Positions 13,088-26,700 are shown, counted from the first letter of the whole stretch. The stretch: 62,119 nucleotides of DNA, filler included, from Choristocarpus tenellus KU-1152 (GCA_964200185.2; 10 parts of 10 records of this genome joined end to end with filler, not necessarily neighbours in it), one strand, 5' to 3'. Notes: generated from the letters alone by a model not told the origin. Numbers and translations are program-made.

Positions 13088-14755
13088 NNNNNNNNNNNNN
13101 NNNNNNNNNNNNNNNNNNNNNNNNNNNNNNNTTAATTAATTAANNNNNNNNNNNNNNNNNNNNNNNNNNNNNNNNNNNNNNNNNNNNGCTCTTTCCCCAC
13201 CCATCTGCAGCCGCCGCTCCCTTCCCCCTTACGTATGGTCTGGTGGCCTTACCGGCTGTCCCGGAATGACGGGGGTATTTTTTTTCACTCCCAGACGAAC
13301 GCCCTGATGAGCTTTGTTTCCACCCTGCTTCGAGAGCTTGGCAGAGGCAGTGGTAGGTCGTTGTGGGGCTAATTGGAGAACCTTCAGTTGGATTCCATTG
13401 TACACGATGAGAAACAGTAGTACGGCCCTTTTTCAGGCATCCTCTTGGGTGGGGTCGGGAGGGGGGCAACTGTGTTTTGCAGAGGGGAGGTCGCAGGGAA
13501 GCATGCAGTGCTTGTGCCTGCTTGGTTTGATCCGTTGCAGGTGCTTTGGAGACACTGTGCATGTGGGGCTGACTGTTGAATTACAGAGTGGGTAGTTCTT
13601 TTTTTTCCCCTGAATTGAAGGGGTGAAGATTATTTTTTTTAAGGTATTATGGAGATCGATGAGGTTGAGGATGCCGAAAGGACAAATTAAAGGGTGTCCC
13701 ATTGGCTCAATGCGAAATGTAGGCCATCCTATTGGTGTAAATGTTGCTTTTCGTGAACGTCCTTTTTTTGCGGTTACGAAACACGGAAGTGTTTTTTTTT
13801 ACGTGGTAGTATTTTATGATTTTTGTTGCTATTTTCCTTTGTGTGGGAATTTCTTGGTTTGGATGTGCATGTTTGAAAGTGTGAGCTTAGTCATCTGCTA
13901 TGTTTTGTATTGTTTATGCATCCCCCCACCCACCCCCCACCCTCCATAAACTCTCGTTCTCGTGCGTGTATTCACACTATCTGCACGCAGATCCATGTAA
14001 TTATTTATATCATGCATTGTGTTCGCAACATACATGCATGTGTATGTGCGTATGTGTGTATACATGGAGTTAATGAAAGAGGAGAAAGTGACTTTTTTTG
14101 CAACTCAGTCGCAGCAAAATAATAATGAAAGTGCTTGAAAAATAATTCCAGCAGCGGCTTGTTGTGTACAGCTTTTAACGAAGATACTGTGTGGAGACAT
14201 CCGCTTGGAAGTCATTCAGTCACAGACAAGAGTGTGTAATTGGGTATCACAGTATATATAGAGGACATACACATCGATTTTTTGTAGAGTACATGGTTAG
14301 GCATTATCACCATTATTTTGAATGGTTACTGCCAATCATTCATTGCAGTCACCCCACCCTCTCGTGCTAGGTTTTCAAAAATGAAATGCGTTGATGCAGA
14401 AGATTCTTCAAGAATTATGTCCTACATTATATTTTGGGTCAGGTGTAGTGGAGAGGTAGTTGGTATTTGCTATATATTCCTAGGGATGTTTGAAGGGGAA
14501 CAAAGAGTAGGAACTTACTGCCCCGGTCGATTTAGCAAAAGCCTTTTTTGATCAAGCTCCTAGTGAACACCCAATCATTGTGTGGCCAAAGCTACTAGAG
14601 GGCCTTTGTATTTGAATTTGTGTATGTGGAAGAGAGCAATCCAGCATGGGACTGAAGTATGCGTGGTGTGTGAGTGGTTTGCACTGGGGTGCTCGTTTTT
14701 GACTTGACGAGTTGTTCAAAAGTTCATGAAATTGCTGTCTTCAGTCGTGGGGGTA

Positions 14756-15233
14756 CGATTTTGATGTAATTTTGGTTATCGTGTTAGTTAGGAAGTGTCA
14801 ACGTACTTGTTCTGAACATATACATGATACCTACTCCAAAAACTATACATTTTAGAGTGAAAGTATCTTAGAGGGTACGAGTTTTGCCCTGGTTGTCCAT
14901 TTGGGGCTTGGCTTCCCATGATCTCTTTTTATGGCATAATCTTCCTCCAAAATGTTTCGGTTTGGAGTAGGTAAAATGTATACATTATGAAAAAAGGAGG
15001 TCCAGACAAGGATATTGACAGTTCCTAACAAACACGATAGCCAAAATTACATCAAAATCGCAACATTGGATTTTGGTCCCCCAAATGGACGCGGCTGTAC
15101 CCTCTAAGATACTTTGGCTCTTACCTCTTCCGAAACATTTCGGAGTAGAAGAGTGACATAAAAAACGCATGGGAAGCCAAGCCCTAAATGGACAAACAGG
15201 GAAAAACTCGTACCCTATAAGATACTTTCAGTC
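14756..15233 (-). mobile_element. MITE family A, truncated outer copy interrupted by a second family A copy
   Basis: Family A internal sequence resumes seamlessly after the insert and ends in the TIR TACCCTATAAGATACTTTCAGTC. Confidence 0.85.
14855..15120 (+). mobile_element. MITE family A (~260 bp), TSD TTA
   Basis: TIRs GAGTGAAAGTATCTTAGAGGGTA ... TACCCTCTAAGATACTTTGGCTC; TTA on both flanks. Confidence 0.92.
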
Positions 15234-15419
15234 TTTGTGACTCGTGTTATCTCTGTAATGGTGGAGGAGAAGGCAAAGGACGAGGCAAAACGACTGGAAG
15301 AGGGGTTAGGATTAGGAGGCAAAGGATGAGGCAGAGGTTGGTGAAAAGGAGTAAGCGAAGGAGGGTATAGAGGAGGAGGCAAAGGCTGAGGAAAAGATGG
15401 AAGGAAAGGATTACGTGCG

Positions 15420-16363
15420 GTTCGTCGTACTTGGGTGGATTCTTTTAGCCCATAGATCAGGAAGACAAGTAGGGCTTATAACATTGGGTTAAGAAGATGA
15501 GTATAGGACTATAGGACATGAACCGCGACACAATTTCCCACCCTTCGCTGGGTTGTACTGATCGACAGAGCACAGCGAAAGTATGACTAAATCTGTTCGA
15601 CGAGCATCTGCAACATATAAAACTCAAACATCCTGCGTCAGTGTACATTGTGAAACTGTCCAACGTTGGTGAGATCTCTGAGAGTCGAGGCGTTGTGTTT
15701 GGTATATGGAACACTGTTTGATGTTCACATATGGCGGTGTTGTACAATGATGTAACTGCTTGTCTGCGTGTTCGCCACTGGTGTTGAAGGTAACGCCCCC
15801 GAGTATTTGACAATGTCCAGGTAGACTGTACCGTCCTCCACATCCTGCCACAACACGAGATCCCTTTCACCTGTGGATTTTATGGGGTTAAATTAATGTG
15901 CGCGATCAGGGCATTTAATATAAGGTGACTTGTTACGAACTCAAATACGGTGGGCAGATGAGTGGATGAACCTGAAACTCCCTTGAGTACCTCTTCGCTC
16001 AGGATGTATTGTTTCCTTGGAACAAGCTCTTCCGAAGACCCGACTGAGGACTCATTGGCGTCGGGGTTGATCCCAAGCTCGTCTTTCCTCTTGAGGTCGT
16101 TCATGACCTTCACGGCAACCTCCAGGACAGCCTTTTTGATGAGGACATTCTTGGTGTGCATCCTCCGCAAGAATGCCCTTTTGATTTTCCACGGTTGCGA
16201 TGCCCATTCTTCCTCGGCCTGGGCAACAGACGCAGGGTCTGGATCGCCACCCCCTGGTCTGTTCTTCTTCCCCTTTCCTCGCGTCCTCTTCTTATTTCCT
16301 TGGTCAGGGTTGACCGGGGGTCATTTGTCCCGGACGCCCCTTAGAGTGGTCGAGAACTGTCAT
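15420..16363 (-). pseudogene. Spliced, disrupted ORF of unknown family (probably TE-borne)
   Basis: ATG at ~16363 and a +1 frameshift in a C-run near 16318. A phase-1 intron 15871-15971 joins ...EEVLKGVS-G-ERDLVLWQDVEDGTVYLDIVKY; stops follow. Confidence 0.4.
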
Positions 16364-16439
16364 GGAGGAGCACATGGATAGTGGAATGGTAATGGACGGC
16401 GTAGCGCATTCCGTGGAGACTGCTATTTGCTAACATGCA

Positions 16440-17240
16440 GCTAACGATAAACCCCGCCAATGTGGAAGGAATATTGTATACGAGAACGCACTAATACCGT
16501 ACGCAGACGAAAAAGATTTACGAGCCGACCCAGGTTAGATGTTGGGAGGGCAACCATATACAGGTTTGTGTTTGACATAGGGCAGACAGAAATGAAGAAA
16601 TTTGATGTGTCCTGTCAGACAGTAAAGGCGATCAAGTTGCAAAGCACGGCAAGACAGTTGGGGGTGGTGTGTACCGACATGGAACAAGAACCCTAAGCAG
16701 GAAAACATAATGTGGAACCGCGAAAGTGAAAGCATGAATGCACCAGTTTGAAACGAATATGGCAATTTTGGAACGTACTTCAAAGTAGAAATTTGGTATG
16801 TTCTGTCGGTTGGTAGAAGCCATCAAAGTCTAAAGTGAGGTTACCGCGGTTTTTTGGACCAAGATACGCGCGAGTATTGATACTTCCGCGCGAGTTAAAT
16901 CGAGATCACATTGCAACGTGATATGAACCTTATCGGAAAAGTTCCAATCATATCGGAGCCGTAGCACATGCGTATCCGTGATGTTACCATGTAACACTCG
17001 ACAGACGGATGTTGTGGTGTGTGGAATTGGATCGTTGAATCTTTGTTCTATTTCGGATCAGTTGTCTGATTACTCTCAACATATGTCACTGCAACCCATG
17101 TTCCAATTTCGGAAGAAGGTTTGGTTGAATTCGCTGGAATTAATTATGATGATAGCCGCTGCATTGCAACCTCATCGACATGTTAGATGCAAGGTGAAAT
17201 CTGTCTCTTCACGGATTGTGTTGAGTGTTCGAGATGTAGG
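16440..17240 (+). mobile_element. Decayed Ty1/Copia RT-RNase H end with probable 3' LTR start (TGTTGAG at ~17219)
   Basis: DHIAT*Y near 16905 resembles the Copia KHI..RY motif and is followed by a TG-start segment. Confidence 0.35.
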
Positions 17241-17378
17241 TAATTAATGTTGGTTAGGGTTAGGGTTAGGATCATGGTTGTTGCCTTCAGGGCTTACATT
17301 GTCAGCAACTGGGGTGGCATAAGACTCTTTATGAACAGTTTCGATCAAACAAATTATAGATGCCTGACTAGTGATGGT

Positions 17379-17636
17379 GGTGATAACCACTAGTGACAGC
17401 TGGTGTGTACACGGTTCTAATGGTGATAAAAACAGGGCATCGAAGTTGAAAATGTTGGTGATACCACGGCTGACAGCTGGTGTGTACACAGTTGTAATGG
17501 TGATAAAAACAGGGGCATAGAGAACTCCAATATGTTGGTGATACCACTAGTGGCAGCTGGTGTGTACACGGTTCTAATGGTGGTAAATACGGGGGCATCT
17601 CATTTGAAAATGTTGGTGATACCACTAGTGACAGCT
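17379..17636. repeat. ~79-bp minisatellite x3.3, preceded by (TTAGGG)3 at ~17253-17270
   Basis: GGTGATACCACTAGTGACAGCTGGTGTGTACAC units start at 17379, 17457, 17537 and 17615. Confidence 0.9.
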
Positions 17637-17785
17637 TGTAACAGGGGATCCTAAAAATTGGGGATGGCGCGGGACTATGAGGATGNNNNNNNNNNNNNNN
17701 NNNNNNNNNNNNNNNNNNNNNNNNNNNNNTTAATTAATTAANNNNNNNNNNNNNNNNNNNNNNNNNNNNNNNNNNNNNNNNNNNN

Positions 17786-17857
17786 CCCTCTCCCGGGTAG
17801 GGCCCGGATGGGCACCCTGGGGTAGACCCCCCCCCCCCCCCCCAGATACTTTGAGCC
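17786..17857. mobile_element. MITE family B terminal fragment
   Basis: GTAGA-C(n)-AGATACTTTGAGCC, the family B TIR, at a contig start. Confidence 0.8.
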
Positions 17858-17889
17858 TATATTGGAGATCTCATAGATATTAGACCTGG

Positions 17890-18200
17890 AAGCAGCTCAC
17901 CAATCATGGATATTTTAAACATGACAAGGAAAATAAATATTCAGGGCTTTTCCTTGCAAGTAAAGTCGACATATCGCCTTGGACTGTTCACTCTAACCTG
18001 GCAAGAAGGTTTGAGGTCAATGGTGATTGAAACACCATCCAGCCACTGGATCTGGCATGAACGAATATTGTGTACAACCTTGTATCTTGTGTCTAGTATC
18101 TGGTAGATTGGGTAATAAACCACAATGTTTCTCTGTTTGGAATGAGGTTTGAAATTTAAATACAGGTCCACGATATATTTCCCATAGGGATTGATTTCAA
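17890..18200 (-). mobile_element. Decayed Penelope-like RT fragment
   Basis: TIDL...YVDFTCKEKP*IFIF...IGEL resembles the FLDL..YQKP.N.YLY..GEL motif. Confidence 0.3.
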
Positions 18201-19066
18201 GATGAACTCAGTGGCAACATGAGTGATTATCATTTATTGTTGCTGTAGAAGATATATTTTACGACTCATAATCGTGTTTACAACAACAGATTGAAGCATG
18301 ATGTAAAGAGAGTATTTTGTCAAACTATATCCACCTGGTTACCATAACCTGACACACTTCTCATGAATGCACGTATGCATAGGTTAAACCCTTGCAAAAA
18401 TGCCGTTCTCTGGAACTAAACTGCCTCAGTTCCTGGTAAGGACGAAAAGCAATCTACTTAAAGGGCCGAGCTTCTTTCTCATACAACGACAACTCTTGTT
18501 CGCGAGGTAACCTACCCACCACCGTTTGCAGGTGCATAAACAACAGGCAGATCGACCACCTCCTACTCAAACATCGACTTACGATGTCAACACTTCTAGA
18601 GGGAGTGGAAGATGGTTAAAGGAACACAAGCAAGGCTTGCTTTCACTTTGCACACGATTGAGAGTGTTCCTGTCCACCAAGGAGTTCTCCCTTCTTACAG
18701 AACAACCATTGGTTTAGGGAGCCACCACTCTCAACTTTTTCACCTCATTTTCAAACCATTTCAGTGATGGTACAGAATCATTTGTGAATCATTTTAGAAC
18801 CATTTTGGAATGTTTTTTCCAAATCGTTGATATATTACATACATATTTTTTACATTTTGGTATCTTATTGTGAATGATCTTCTCAAATGTTTGGTATTTT
18901 TTCAGTATTTATTTTGGCATCTTTTACGGCCACTTTTGGAGTACAAGGACACGAAAAAGGTGATGTCTCACGTGGACAAGAAATTAGGGAGGAAACACCG
19001 TAGGTCCGATACAGATAGTGGTGCAGGTCACAATGACAAGGTGGATGGTGTTTCATAGCTGCTTTT

Positions 19067-19322
19067 GAATCAAAGTATCTTAGAGGGTAGAGCCGCGTCC
19101 ATTTGGGGCAAAATCCAATGTTGTCATTTTGATGTATTTTTGGCTATTGTGTTTGTTAGGAAGTGTCATTATCCTTGTTCCGAACACACCTTTTCATAAG
19201 GGATACATTTTACCTACTCTGAAACATTTTGGAGTAGGAAAAAGCTATAAAAAACCCGTGGGAAGCCAAGCCCCAAATGGACAAACAGGGCAAAACTCGT
19301 ACCCTCTAAGATACTTTCACTC
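19067..19322 (-). mobile_element. MITE family A, TSD TTTT
   Basis: Both TIRs intact; TTTT on both flanks (compatible with a 3- or 4-bp TSD). Confidence 0.92.
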
Positions 19323-21204
19323 TTTTATGGAATTTTGATTGAAGAGAAAAATGAGACAGGACTGGAAAATAGGCACACACTGCATGCTTGTTTGTGCATG
19401 ATTGTTCATCATGTAGTTCCGAGCATGGGGGGTCAGGTTTATTAAACTGTGCACATGAGGATCGATGCCATGATACTAATTTGTTCAACTTAACTCATCA
19501 CCACCCAGACAGACTCTCAACTCCACCAGCTTGATTGTCAGCTGATGGCTAGATTCTGTACACTCCACGACCACGTATGTCCTGGGAAGTTTTCTTACTG
19601 TACCAGAGTTTTGGTCACCAAACAGTGTAACTCATGACAGAGGAAACAGGGTCCTAGGTGTATCTTTTAAAAAACCACACCTCAAAGGCATACATACCCT
19701 GGAGTGAGTGTGACTATCACATAATGCTATGACTCAATATTCAATAGTTGTATCCAGTAGTATTAATAATACTGTCTGTAAACATGTAACAGAAATTTCG
19801 TCATCGAAATACAATATTTCTCAGCCACAGACATTCTGCTAAGAAGATTATAGGGTCACCATCTGTACATAAGATTAATCAAGTAACACCATACAGATGT
19901 TTGCTGGATGCTGGGAATGCCTGCCCCCTATTTGTGAAAACCCCTACATGTTTTACATTCCTCATTCTACTTTGGTGTGGTGTGATGCGATTCACTCCAC
20001 CAAAACCAAAACGAAGGCGATGAACCGACATACAATATATTGCACAATATAATAATCTTGTTGGAGCAGCCAGCTCCCTCCCTACCCATCCTACAGAGTT
20101 GTAGTGAGAGGACTTGAACCCGGCAAATCGCATCTTACCACAATAACATCAATAATAGTATCAGAAATAATACGTCAAGATGGGCGGAACAATTAAGAAG
20201 TAGGACACATGCTGTTTGTTGTGCTTCTTCTGGAATCTTACCAGTATGAAGGATGCCGCCAAACCATATCTCTCATTTGTCGCCTAACTCAGGAGGTTGC
20301 TGCAGGTTGGCACAACCAGCTTCCAGGACTGGACAGGGAAATTAATAATGAAATTTCATCCAAATATACATCTACTTAGTATATTATTATTGGAAGATTG
20401 GTACCAAATGACTTTATTGGGGTAAAGGTTCATTAGATGATGCTATGGTGCGCTGTTGTGGGTGGGTATTCTTCAGCAGACACATTTTGCTAATGATACA
20501 TAGTATATGCACTGGCACCTTGGGAGACAACCCTGTTGTCCGGATGAGTAACACCTATCAATGGCTTCATTATTTTACCCTATCAATCGATACAGCAAGG
20601 GCGAATTAAGCTACAACATGTCACCTACCTCTAAATGAACAACATATGAATGTAAGACGGGATGACAGAAGTGTCCATACCAAAGGGCACAAGAGAAAAC
20701 CGGCCTGGAGCAAAATCAGTCATCTACACCACCAACAGCAGCAATAAACATTCTCAAACCACTCAACTACTTCCCATTCAGCAGATGAGAGGGGCCTTAA
20801 TAAGTAGATGGAGGGCTGGGTCGGGTAGGAGGAGGGGGACTATCCCACCACTATGAAGGATACTTGGCAAAAACTAGTTGACTACTCCTGCCAAGAACGT
20901 AAAGGTGGAACAGGACAAGAGCAAACTACCAGCTGGTGGATGGCTCCCCATTTTCCATCCCACAGATCCAGTGCTGAGCAGTAATAAAGGATGTGAATTC
21001 ACTTCGAAACTAACATGATTAGACTTGCCGCCCACCCGCCTCTAAAAAAGGGGACTTTCCAAAACTCGACACAGTTGCTCAGATGGTGACTAGAGCTTCA
21101 TGTGATTATTGATGGTTCACTTCATGTGGTGAAGTCTTCCGAACATCATCCATAACATGAATCTATCAATGGGGTGAACAAAGAACTACTCACGAAGCAG
21201 TGGC

Positions 21205-22120
21205 TCAGAACAGAGAGGTCAGATCTATGTCAAGGAGGTTCCCCATTACACGGTCAACTGTAGTGCCTATAGCTCTCGTCAGATCATGCTGGGTTTGAGC
21301 ATCAAGTCCCACAAACCGCCACAACAGCGTTCCATCCAGCATGTTCTTCTTGTTCTCCTGCCGGAAAGCTGGCCCACTGTCAAACAGACGTTGTGCCCTG
21401 TGTGTGTGTATTACGAAGGGAATGAGACAAGGGACCGTACAGGGAGAGAATTGGATGCGGACTTACAGTGAGACACCGCATACATACCCACCACTTCAGC
21501 AATGCATACGCAAAATCATTGTGGTGGGACATCGACCTTCTATTCATGATCGAGCCTGCTACTTCCGAGAGTGGAAAAGAGGGAAACGACCGTGTCCAAG
21601 ACAGAGAGAGAGAACGATATCGACAAATTACCCACATTGGCAGCAACCAGAAAGAAGCCATCAAATCGATATCAACACATAACCATGTTCACATCAAGAT
21701 CGCATAGGTACTAGAGGAGAGAAACCCCCCCTCCCCCCTCCCCCCCCAAAAAAAACAAAAACAAAAAGCATTCCACACCACAAGACACCTGAACTCATTC
21801 CTCACCCTTCCAATTTCTCATCAGACACAATCTTCCTACCTTGGGTTAGCAGCACCCGTGTGCATAAGAGCATTACTCATAATGCCCTGAAGGGCATACA
21901 ACCGTCGAAACACTTTCTCCTCCACCGGGGTCACAACCCCAAGGCCTCCGTCCAGGGTGCCCGCTAAAAGGCAGTAACGTGCCCCCCCCCTGCTGTTTCT
22001 TGCTCCCCTAGCACGGCGACGTAACAGGTGTGCCACATTAGACCCCAGGAAGAAATCGGACTGGCAGAGTAGCTTGTTACCCCCCCTGGACTCTGGGGCA
22101 TTTGGGGCATACTGGAGGAC
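21205..22120 (-). CDS. CPSF1: Cleavage and polyadenylation specificity factor subunit 1 (CPSF160), last two exons 22120-21840 and 21397-21205
   Basis: VLQYAPNAPESRGGNKLLCQSDFFLG...GTLDGGLGVVTPVEEKVFRRLYALQGIMSNAL...NPR / AQRLF...KKNMLDGTLLWRF...IGTTVDRVMGNLLDIDLTSLF*. Matches the CPSF_A C-terminus; phase-2 intron. Confidence 0.92.
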
Positions 22121-23214
22121 CTGCGATGGGGGTGGGGGGGGGGGGGGGGGGGGGGGGGGAAAAAAACCAAAAATTGAGGGGGGGGGGGGGGGGGGGAAAG
22201 AAGGGGAGGGGGGGGGGGNNNNNNNNNNNNNNNNNNNNNNNNNNNNNNNNNNNNNNNNNNNNTTAATTAATTAANNNNNNNNNNNNNNNNNNNNNNNNNN
22301 NNNNNNNNNNNNNNNNNNGGGGGCAGTGGGGGGCGGGGCGGAGGCAGCGGCAAAATGGGAGAGGGCATAATAATATAAAATACATACAAGCAACAGTAAA
22401 CTTTGAGAGATGGTTTCAGTCTCGCTCTCAATATACGGAGATGAACAGATGAAAAGGAATCACTTGGATTTAGAGCGTACGTACGTGAGAGGGTTAGATT
22501 ATCGATAAAGACTGATATTTCTTATCGTGATGGAGGTTGAAGTGTGAAATTTTGTGTTTGTTAGTTGTTAGGGGTCCTTTCCAACACCCCCTATCATCCC
22601 CAACTTGGTCTTCTTGTGTGTCGTATGATAGAAGGTGAGATCTCTGATTGAGTGATATGTGGTCTTCATTCGCCTTGGGCTAGTGTGTAATTGTAATTCT
22701 AGTGCTTTGTACCTTGCTCTATTTGGCTCTACCGCTTGGACTTGACCTATCGTGTAGTCCATCCGCCTCCTCCCTTATGCGTGGACAACCCTTAACCCCA
22801 CTCCACATTGCACGTGTTTATTTTTTCCAAAATCGAATTCAATATCGATTATCTTCTGCCTTCGTGAACCACCGTCAAGTGTTCTGTCACCTCTTCCTTC
22901 ATCCTCTCATCTTCTGCCCTGAAACGAACACTTTTTTTCTTTCCATCTGCACAATGGTGTTGTGACTGACATCCCACTTTCTTAGGCCCGCTTGGTTGCC
23001 TTACGTTTAAAACACATAAGAACTCACAAGCAGTAGTTCAATGAATCACAGGCAGTTGTTCAATCGCCAACTTCTGTGACCATCTTGCTTGGGGTGAAGC
23101 CGTGGGTATAATATAGGTCGTGAAGGAGGTTTTGCAGCGTGTCCGAGTTTGTTAGATACGACGGAAGCCTGGGTAAGGGATTGAATAGAGCACTATTCAT
23201 GGTATAGCAAAGAG

Positions 23215-23430
23215 GTGGCAGACGGGAGCTCCTACAAAGAGGAGGAGGGAGGCTACGAAGGGCTGAACTTGACGTTGGAACCTCCACGCGAACCCTCAAA
23301 TTTTTCTTATGTCGGGATTCCAATGGCGCGGGCGCCCTATCCGCGGCAGACTTGGGCAGAGTTTGTTGCAAGCAGGAGTGGGCCTAAGCTGCTTTGCTGT
23401 GTTCGTTGCCTACCCTCCGCTTCTCCGGAG
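23215..23430 (+). other. Possible isolated coding exon ending at the donor GAG|GTGAGA
   Basis: Open frame in a CpG-rich region followed by a strong donor; no partner exon identified. Confidence 0.3.
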
Positions 23431-23799
23431 GTGAGACGTGTTGATTAAATTGATCTCCCCCATCTGTTTGTGTTGGTTCATCCGAACCTCATTGTACGTA
23501 AGTCGTCTACATTTCTTTCTCCGATTCACTTTATCAACCCCATGCATCCTTGCATGGATTCTTTTCTGTGCGAAGTTGGTGTCTGGTTGTGGGAGTTTCC
23601 CTTACTGCACTAGCAATTGCTCTCCAATACTCTGTATATGAAGATAAAACAAATTCATTTCTTAGAGTGAAAATGCATGTTGCACGCATCGACTGAGACC
23701 CTTTCTCAACATCTCCAATGTGTGCCTCGATAATGCTCTCCTATTATGCAACTTAAAAATTAGGTACAAACTGGGATACAATGAAAGATTTACGGTGTC

Positions 23800-26700
23800 A
23801 TGTTTTCAAAGGTGTGATCCCACACCTTGCTAGCATGCGCTACAGGGTAGCACGTTTTGTTTTATGCTGAGTGACCTTTTGGTAAATGCCTGAAGGTTGA
23901 ATAATCCAATGTCCAGTGCGTACGGTATGCCTGGTTCCCTGACCTCTCTTTGTGTATTGGTAGGTACATGGTGATCACTGACCAGAAACAGAGTGTGACT
24001 GAAGCATACACCAGAGAAGATCTTGAAAGGGCCTTGGAGGCTGAGCTGAGCAGCACTTCAGGACCGTGATTTTTCGTACGGAAAGATTACACCTCGGTCT
24101 TTGGAGTATTAAGGGGTATCCTGATGTAGGAAGCACCTACAGGGAGTATCACTATGTGGGGGCTTGTAAGGAGCACAATCATTTTTGTTATGTACTTACA
24201 CAATACTTGAATAGTTGTGTTTTTGGTAAATCACTAGGGAACTGCCTTGGTATGGTAACCACCTCACAGCCTATTGCGAGTTGGTCTTTCTCTCAGTAGC
24301 AATGTGACATGTGCCAACTTGTCCTTAGTTGCAATAGCTTGTTTGCGTCTCTCTTGTGACTTGGATGTGTTCCCACCCCCCTCGTCAAACGTACATTTAC
24401 TTCTTTTGGTATGGTCTAGTGAATCTTGTAAGGGTTTTCGTGTGAGTTACCTCTGCTGAAGATTGTTTTACTTGTTCAGTTGTATGTTGTGAGATAGATA
24501 ATGATAGGCAACGCTAAGAAGGAAACAATTAATTTACAGTTGTTGTGGTTGAGGTAGCACCATTTCCCCTACAATTGCACATGAGAGGGGATGTAAGACA
24601 TTGTGTAGTTTTGTGCTATTTAGGTGTGTTGATCCTGTCTGGGTTCACTTCAATAGCAGCCTAGTGGACGTTATTTCATTTTGAAGTTTTTGTTGTTAAG
24701 TTGTGTCCCCTGATGTGAATCTAGAACAGCTCCGTAGCTTGATGAGTGGATGATTCATGCGAGTCAACCTGTGTGACATATTAAGCATGTCTCAACTTCA
24801 CTAGGTATGGAAAATGTTTAATATCAAGGGGTTCTCTGTGATGCAGTTACTGACCATGAAACTTCTCTGAACCAGTCCTTATAAGTGTGCTATTATCTCG
24901 GCTGATCTGCTCCATTACCTTCGTTTTATGATGGGTCATAAGTTGAAACTACTTACTGTCTTGTGTGCACCTCCTTCACTAGAAGGTGGGCCTTGATTCA
25001 CGTTTTTCTGGGAGAATCCAAGTAGATGGCTTATTGTGCCCCTTTGCTCGAACATGTTGCAGACTTTACTCTTGTGTGAGGCCTGACTGTGTCTTGTGGT
25101 GTCAGATGTGCTGTTACTTCAAATAGAGTATAGCCCCTGAACAGCACATAGTTTTCTTTTTTTGTAGTCCATATTCTGGCAGCATAGGCTTCCTTTGCAT
25201 ATCATTGATGTGAGCACCCTAACCCTAGTCCTAGCTCTAACCTTTTGCAGCAAAGTAAAGAGATGTATTATGCGGAATTCTTGTATTTGCTGCTGGTGAG
25301 AAAATGATGGAATTTGAGGTATTCCCTGTTGGTAATGGAAACCACTGTTTTTCAAGTGGATTATCCTTTTTGAAACTATGTGAGTTTTGAGTTTGAGTTG
25401 CTATGTCTAGCCTACAGCTGTTTCTATCCCCTAACCATAATCGCCTTGGATATCTTTTTTCTTCCCCTGAATGGGAACAAGAATGATACCCTTGAGGTCA
25501 TCCTCTGATTGTGTTTGGCAACAATTTAGCTTCACTGTGGTGGTGTGTGTATGACCAAGGAGCAAGCCTCAGGTAAGATTGCCTTCTTGAAAGAATCTGA
25601 ATATCCAGGGGGTGTCGGTCTTTGTTACTTTTTGGATGACCTATTTTTCTTTATAATCTCCCCCCTCAGCTTTTCACTAGGCACCATAGTTGTTAAGTAT
25701 GTAGTTAACGCTATATTGATGTATCCACGTTCACCTTTAATGTTTGCTCCATTGCCTAGCCATCATCATAAGCTGCAAATAACCCCAATTTCTTAGTGCC
25801 AGTTAGTAGTTGAGACTCCTTTTACTTGATGATGAGTTGTTCTCCGTAGCATATCCCCTCCCTCTAGGTACCCCAGAAAATGCTTGTGCATCTTCTGCAA
25901 GCAATGTGATGAATAGAATTACTTTGTATCCTGCAGTACTCTAGAGTCAGTTTGGCTATTATTTTACCCCTCTATCTGGCAGTTTTAACAACCATGATAT
26001 GATACACCCTGAGTCAAGGAATGTTGGAGAAGATAGGATACGTTTGTGGATGTCGTCGTTAAAATTTGGTGCAAAATGATCCAGTACAACCCCAAATCTA
26101 CCGCGTACCCCTCATCCCATCCTTCAGGAAATTCATTTCCTTCACCACCAAGGTCCCATCTTCGCTCGGTGCTGTTTGTCTCTCCTCTTGTTTCTTGTGG
26201 ACTCCTTTGAAGTCATTGTTGGCCAAGTGGTTTAGGACAGTCTTCCACTCTGCAAAGAGGCTCGGAAAGACCTCCATGCATGGGTCCCAGCATCATACCC
26301 TTGGTATGTCTTCACTACATGTTTCACAAGGTTGTGAATATTGTCTGTGTGAGTCCAGGCTGCCGTTTTTTGCAGTGAGCGAAGGAATATGAAGTCCATA
26401 ATGTTGATATCCAGTGTCTGGTTAGGTTGGTGGTATGTCTCCAGGGATAAGGTCAACCTTTGGTTGATTGGAAACTAGGTCAAATCACATTTTATTGTGA
26501 TGGAACTGATCAAATGCATGATCAAAGACGAACCTCATGCCCCTTTATTAGGATTTTGATTGTTAAGGCCACCCTATGTATATCTACTGTTGCACTAAAA
26601 GAGGAAGGTATTGATAACTCTTTAGTATTTCTTGACCCCTGTTTCCATAATTTAATCCCTGATGTTCCGTTTGGTGACGTTGACCTTCCCTGGCCATCTC

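Noticed and set aside
17253-17270. Telomere
   Set aside because: Only three TTAGGG units, internal to the contig; similar short CCCTAA runs occur in several introns.
17379-17636. CRISPR-like array
   Set aside because: The constant part is ~65 bp, the variable part is only ~11 bp and partly similar between units, there are no cas genes, and the context is eukaryotic.
19129-19338. Similar short ORFs recurring in several contigs (e.g. 46287, 57574) as a small protein family
   Set aside because: They are chance translations of MITE A, with frames not conserved among copies.
22074-22274. Poly-Gly/poly-Pro ORFs (also 43994-44390)
   Set aside because: Translations of G/C homopolymer tracts at contig ends, in an intron or a MITE.
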